From Dehalococcoidia bacterium (lineage in GTDB: Bacteria > Chloroflexota > Dehalococcoidia > UBA2979), in the NCBI GenBank assembly GCA_041690175.1, contig JAWLHV010000005.1, forward strand, positions 14,496 through 78,495: 64,000 nt of DNA. Direction: 5' to 3'. A model generated the notes under the pieces. The model was not told where the DNA came from, did no database searches, and worked only from the letters and a program-made list of their open reading frames with translations. The position numbers and the translations under genes were made by a program. The first letter of the stretch is position 1. Every line of letters starts with the position of its first letter. This document shows positions 57,921-64,000 of the stretch, in pieces.

Positions 57921-57959
57921 CCCTCCCAGCGCGCGAGGGCGCCCCGTGATGCCGGCAGC

Positions 57960-58080
57960 AGATCACCGTCTGCCCATTCCTCCCTCAGGTGGGAGGCACC
58001 AACCCCTTCTGACCCCCTCCTCCTTCCCACAGAGGGAAGGAGAGGGCGGGGGAGGGGGGTCTCCGCGCTCCGCCCACCTC
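57960..58080. repeat. partial copy of the GC-rich palindromic repeat element
   Basis: ccttcccacagagggaaggagagggcgggggaggggggtctccgc is shared with 42550-42620 and ~9080-9130. Confidence 0.75.
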
Positions 58081-58091
58081 GAGGCCACCCG

Positions 58092-58589
58092 ATGACCGAC
58101 GCCCAACCCTGGTCCGAGCGCTTCTTCGTCGAGTTCTCCCCCGAACTCGATCCCCCCAGCCCCGTCCAGTTCACGGACGACCCGGTGATCGTCCTGTTCT
58201 TCATCTCCTGGGCGTACAGCGCGGAAATGGGCGGCACCCACGAACTCGCGCAGGCGGCCAGCCACCTCCGCCGCCAGCTCAAGGTCGACCTCAAGCCCGT
58301 CTACAGGTACGCGGACCGCAACATCGACACGCCCCAGGACCGCATGGAACTGGAGCGCTCATGGCAGCCCGCGGCGGACCTCGCCAGGTGCGCCAGCGAG
58401 GTGGCAGCCCACTGGGAGCGCCCGGACGCCACGCTGACCTCCCTGATCCGCGGCTACGAGCACCTGGCCCCGCGCCTGCGCGAACTCGCCTCCATGTGCG
58501 AGTGGGCCGTCCAGCAGCACGGCGCCGAAGCGAAGGTCCGGATGTCCTTCGACCTGGAGAACACCGAGCAGCGCGCTCCTCGGCCGTAA
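58092..58589 (+). CDS. hypothetical protein
   Basis: 165-aa ORF immediately after the repeat element; no recognisable family. Confidence 0.4.
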   Translation: MTDAQPWSERFFVEFSPELDPPSPVQFTDDPVIVLFFISWAYSAEMGGTHELAQAASHLRRQLKVDLKPVYRYADRNIDTPQDRMELERSWQPAADLARCASEVAAHWERPDATLTSLIRGYEHLAPRLRELASMCEWAVQQHGAEAKVRMSFDLENTEQRAPRP

Positions 58590-58604
58590 CCGAGGAGCGC
58601 TGAC

Positions 58605-59804
58605 TCAACCCTCCAGGGCGAACTCGACCTCGTCACCCGCGCCCTCCGACACGGAGTCGAGGGTGCCCTCGCAGCCGTACCACATCACCGCGACCTCGCC
58701 AGCCTCGGTGACGTGGACTCGCACGGCCTCCGGGTACGCATCCGGCGAGGTGAACTCGTACACCGCCCACCACTCGCCGTTGCGGTAAATGGGCGAGCTC
58801 GACTCGGCCGCGGGAGCCTCGTAGACCGCGTGCAGCACGGGCGCCATGCCCAGGAACGACTGCAGCGCGATACCCGGGTTGCGGGCGTAGGAGCCCTCGC
58901 AGTAGGCGCTGGGGAAGACCTGCACCGGCGTGCCTTCCGTCTCGCCCTTGGCGGTGTCGCACTCGATGCCGCCCGGGCCCTCCATCTGCGTCACGCAGGG
59001 GACGGCCGGCGTCTGCTGCATCGCACGCGAGGCGCCCTCGTACAGCGCGCCGAAGTCGTAGGTGGCCACTTGCTCCAGGAAGGCGTCCAGCGGGTCCCGG
59101 CCGGTCATGGGCACCTCCGGCGTGCGAGCCACCGCGTCCTCCCACGGCCCGGCCACCACCGAGAACGCGTCGCCGGTGCGGGGGTCCTGGTGGAACGCGA
59201 ACTCATCCGAGCAGCCCAGCGTCATCGAGGTAATGCGCCCGTCGGTCACGTTCAGACGGAAGCCGCGCTGCATGTTGTCCGCGTGGAAGACCAGGAACGT
59301 GTCCGTCTCCGGCGCGTCCTCGAAGATCGTCCAGCCGTCCGGCGCCTGCAGCGCCGCGTAGAGGCCCTGCGCCTGGTGGACGGCGCGACCAAGGAGCCAG
59401 CCGGGCGAGCGCGACCACTCCCCCTCGCAGGAGGTCAGCGGGAAGACGGTGCTCTGGTCGCCCTCGGCCTGGTGTGGCTCGCACTTCGGCGGCCCACCGA
59501 TGCCCTGGGCGTGAGTGCAGCCGACGGTCTGCATCTCCATCAGCCCCACCAGCGTGCCCACGTCCCGGTCCGCCACTGCATGGACGATCGCGTCCAGGGC
59601 GGGATCACCGGTGCGGCGGTCATCGCCGGACGGTGCGGTCGCGGTGGCGGTACCGGTGGGCGCCGGGGTGAGCGTGACGGTGGCGGTCGGCACGATCGGC
59701 TCGGTGGCCGTCGGGCCCGGCGTCCGGTCATCCGAGTCTGTGCATGCAGCCAGCACGATCGCGGCGGCAAGGAAGAGGGCAGGTGCGACGGTTCGCAAAC
59801 GCAT
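58605..59804 (-). CDS. lipoprotein with two internally repeated domains, function unknown
   Basis: ORF trimmed to MRLRTVAPALFLAAAIVLAAC (lipobox) with AGGAG RBS; two copies of a ~150-aa module, each with a GGPPKCE / GPGGIECD motif. Confidence 0.6.
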   Translation of the reverse strand: MRLRTVAPALFLAAAIVLAACTDSDDRTPGPTATEPIVPTATVTLTPAPTGTATATAPSGDDRRTGDPALDAIVHAVADRDVGTLVGLMEMQTVGCTHAQGIGGPPKCEPHQAEGDQSTVFPLTSCEGEWSRSPGWLLGRAVHQAQGLYAALQAPDGWTIFEDAPETDTFLVFHADNMQRGFRLNVTDGRITSMTLGCSDEFAFHQDPRTGDAFSVVAGPWEDAVARTPEVPMTGRDPLDAFLEQVATYDFGALYEGASRAMQQTPAVPCVTQMEGPGGIECDTAKGETEGTPVQVFPSAYCEGSYARNPGIALQSFLGMAPVLHAVYEAPAAESSSPIYRNGEWWAVYEFTSPDAYPEAVRVHVTEAGEVAVMWYGCEGTLDSVSEGAGDEVEFALEG

Positions 59805-59887
59805 GAGGCACTCCTGTTTGCCCCGGGGCGCTCCCCGGGGTGGTGTCCTCAGAACGCCTGCCGTGCCCCGTTGGTTCCCGGCGCCGT

Positions 59888-60595
59888 TCAGGCGGGCTCG
59901 AACGGCCCGGCGATCAACTCCAGGTCCTGCTCGTCGAACTGGACCAGGTCCTCCACGGTGGCCTGGCAGCCCTCCCAGTAGGCGACGATCCAGCCGTTGG
60001 CATCCACGTGCAGCCGCGCGCCCGCATCGCCGTCCACGTATTCGCGGTGGAAGACCAGGAACCACTCGGACTGGGGCCATTCTGCTGTCTCGAAGCCGGC
60101 CTCGGTCGCGGCATAGAGCCCGCGGGACTCGCGGATCAGGCGACTCCAGAGCCCCTCCGGGTCGTCCGTCCAGCCGCCCTCGCAGCCCACTACCGGGAAG
60201 ACGTCGTACGGCGTGCTCTGCTCGTCGCCCTCGTCGCACTTCGGCGGCCCGCCGGCTCCCTGCTCCGTGGTGCAGGGCACGGACTGGACCAGCGTCCGCT
60301 CCATCAGGGCGGCGACATCACCCTCCTCCACGGCGACCACGATCTCGTCCAGTTCGTCCACGCCGGTGCGGCCGTCCTCCGCCACGGCGGTGCCGGTGCC
60401 CTGGGCGGTGGGGCTCGGTGACGTGGTCACCGCGGGCGTACCGTCCGCCGGCTCCTCGGTCGGCGTGGCGGTAGCGCCCGGGACCTCGGGGTCTTCAGGC
60501 GTGTCCTCGTCGTCCGCACACGCGGCGCCGAGGGCGATCAGGGAGAGCGCTAGCGCGGCGAGTAAAAGTGCGCGCAGCGAGACGGTTCTGTGCAC
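59888..60595 (-). CDS. lipoprotein, single-module paralogue of the 58605..59804 gene
   Basis: GTG start; lipobox LIALGAAC; shares GGPPKCDEGDEQST...GCEGGWT...FLVFHREY with its neighbour. Confidence 0.6.
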   Translation of the reverse strand: MHRTVSLRALLLAALALSLIALGAACADDEDTPEDPEVPGATATPTEEPADGTPAVTTSPSPTAQGTGTAVAEDGRTGVDELDEIVVAVEEGDVAALMERTLVQSVPCTTEQGAGGPPKCDEGDEQSTPYDVFPVVGCEGGWTDDPEGLWSRLIRESRGLYAATEAGFETAEWPQSEWFLVFHREYVDGDAGARLHVDANGWIVAYWEGCQATVEDLVQFDEQDLELIAGPFEPA

Positions 60596-60780
60596 CGGGG
60601 AGCCACCTCAGTCTCGACCCCTGCCCCTCACGGTACCGAAACGTACTCCGTTTCACGTGGAACACTGGTTACGAGGCCCGCGCGCGCAGTGCCCGCCGCA
60701 TTGCACTCGCGATGCTGCAAGGAGTCGCGCCCCGCGCCCATCACACCGGCGCATTGAGCGAGGTGGGGCCCGGTGCGACC

Positions 60781-61518
60781 ATGCCGGACGTGACCACTTC
60801 CAGCCCGAGCGGCCCGCTGAGCACCCAGGCCCGCCGAGCCCTCGAGTACGAGCGCTGGCTGGAGGGCCGGTCGCTCTCCGCGGCGGCCTTCCGCTGGATG
60901 ATGGGCGGCGGCCAGTGGCTGGTGAACGCGCCGCTCTACCGCCTGCCCACGAACCTGAAGCTGGACGCCTCCACGCGCCTGCTGGACCTGGGGTGTGGGC
61001 GCGGCGCGATCCTGCGCAACCTGGACGACCAACTGCAGTGCGAGCAGCCGCCCGTGGGCCTCGATATCTCGCGCGCGATGCTCCGGCAAGCCCGTCGCGA
61101 CGAGGACAACCCGCGGCGGGGCGCCGGCCTGGTGCAGGGTTCCGCCACCGCCCTGCCGTTCCGGGACGGCGCGTTCAACCTGGTGCTCTGCGGCCACCTG
61201 GTGAAGCACCTGGACGACATCGACGTGCTGGGCCTCTTCGCGGAGATACACCGAGTGCTGGAGCCGGGCGGCCTGGCGCTGATCTGGGAGTTCGCCCCCA
61301 CGGGCAATCCACGGCTGGACGCCTGGAACGCGCGCGTGGTCTCCACCGGCGTGAAGCGACCGCGCCTGCGAGGCGAGCGCAGCCTGAAGCGCCTGGCCAC
61401 GGACGCCGGCTTCCAGTTCGTGCGCGAGGCGGACCTGCGGCCGTTCGTCCTGCCGCCCATCCCGCGCTCCTCGATCCTGGTGGGCCGCCCTCCGGAGGGC
61501 GCGCACTCGCCCCCCTAG
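60781..61518 (+). CDS. class I SAM-dependent methyltransferase
   Basis: LLDLGCGRGAIL motif I ... VLCGHL...; start at 60781, with 60712 as an alternative. Confidence 0.7.
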   Translation: MPDVTTSSPSGPLSTQARRALEYERWLEGRSLSAAAFRWMMGGGQWLVNAPLYRLPTNLKLDASTRLLDLGCGRGAILRNLDDQLQCEQPPVGLDISRAMLRQARRDEDNPRRGAGLVQGSATALPFRDGAFNLVLCGHLVKHLDDIDVLGLFAEIHRVLEPGGLALIWEFAPTGNPRLDAWNARVVSTGVKRPRLRGERSLKRLATDAGFQFVREADLRPFVLPPIPRSSILVGRPPEGAHSPP

Positions 61519-61537
61519 CCACGCCAGCCGCTGCCGG

Positions 61538-63435
<1,898 letters not shown>

Positions 63436-63439
63436 TCAG

Positions 63440-63760
63440 GACTCCTGTGGATGGGGATGGCTCAGTCCACAGCGGACCGTCCGGTGCCTATGGGATCAGA
63501 TAGTCGTCATCGTAGTGGTGTGGATCGTGTTCACGCCTCCCGGTGCTTCGCGCCGTTGCTGGCGATACGACCATTCCAGGGCTGGGACAGGCCGCGTTGC
63601 TTCGTTCACGCCTGGGTGACTTACCCACGGTGAGTCTGTGGAGAGCCGGCGAGACAGGTCATTGCAACTCGACAGAAATCGAAAGAGTCGACACATGTCC
63701 ACCGCACAGCCGCCACTTGTCCACAGTGGAGGCCACAGATCGGCGCATCCGATTGCGCAA
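63440..63760. other. candidate oriC: cluster of DnaA-box-like 9-mers plus an AT-richer segment, immediately downstream of dnaA
   Basis: ctGTGGATgg (63446-54), agTCCACAg (63464-72), gTGTGGATcg (63518-27), tcTGTGGAga (63635-44), TTGTCCACAgtgg (63718-30), gGCCACAGAtcgg (63731-43); relatively AT-rich 63661-63700 (cattgcaactcgacagaaatcgaaagagtcgacacatg). Confidence 0.45.
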
Positions 63761-63837
63761 TTGTTCGGATCGCAACCAGCAGGCGTGAGACCTGAAAATG
63801 GGGACAAGTGCCGGGGGCCGAGAGTAGCGAGGCGACC

Positions 63838-64000
63838 TCAGGCGATGCGGCGCGACTGTTCGATCATCTCGCGCAGGCTGGCAATGTCGCGGCGCGTCTC
63901 CGGATCCACGGCCAGCGACTTCTCCATCTTGCGCCAGCCGTGATGGACGGTGGAGTGGTCGCGACCACCCAGGGCGTGGCCGATCTCCACCAGTGACCGG
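63838..64000 (-). CDS. dnaA: chromosomal replication initiator DnaA (C-terminal domain IV only; gene continues beyond the window end)
   Basis: reverse-strand translation reads ...VEIGHALGGRDHSTVHHGWRKMEKSLAVDPETRRDIASLREMIEQSRRIA*; DnaA signature GGRDH(S/T)TV. Confidence 0.85.
   Translation of the reverse strand, partial: RSLVEIGHALGGRDHSTVHHGWRKMEKSLAVDPETRRDIASLREMIEQSRRIA

Noticed and set aside
63496-63807. 103-aa ORF (and the overlapping plus-strand 81-aa ORF) inside the obg-dnaA spacer
   Set aside because: No RBS and poor composition. The region is better explained as the oriC-like DnaA-box cluster.

Overview
This is a 64-kb, very GC-rich (roughly 68-70% by eye) bacterial chromosomal segment. 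It is gene-dense and mostly transcribed on the minus strand. It appears to lie near the replication origin: the C-terminus of dnaA sits at the right edge, followed by a spacer rich in DnaA-box-like motifs, obg-nadD, gyrB and an rplI-dnaB-dnaD-dnaI-like block. Gram-positive-type hallmarks suggest a Chloroflexi/Thermomicrobia-like or related lineage, though this is inference only; they are DnaD- and DnaI-like primosome proteins, MurT/GatD, and a split cytochrome b6/subunit-IV bc complex with a di-haem cytochrome c. Housekeeping content is glyA, purL/purQ, purH/purM/purF, folP/folK, the cytochrome bc operon, rpsU, ychF, tatA, lgt and a partial acyl-CoA dehydrogenase. The most notable systems are: (i) a compact sulfur-carrier-protein cysteine-biosynthesis cluster (Rrf2 regulator, two CysM-like enzymes, two CysO/ThiS-like carriers, one MoeB-like E1, a rhodanese) with a JAMM/Mec+ protease embedded in the neighbouring folP-folK operon; (ii) a separate operon under a clear SAM-I riboswitch that encodes a threonine-synthase-like PLP enzyme, a NIL-domain protein and a third ThiS-like carrier, which I predict is a protein-thiocarboxylate-dependent homocysteine synthase; (iii) a dispersed family of GC-rich palindromic repeat elements, including a tandem pair and hairpins bracketing a DUF559 gene; (iv) a DnaI/DnaC-like helicase loader carrying two tandem AAA+ modules. 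Many long ORFs in the six-frame track are GC-driven shadow ORFs and were not annotated. Coordinates of features read directly from the sequence rather than from track frames (small ORFs, riboswitch, repeats, dnaA end) may be off by 1-2 nt.
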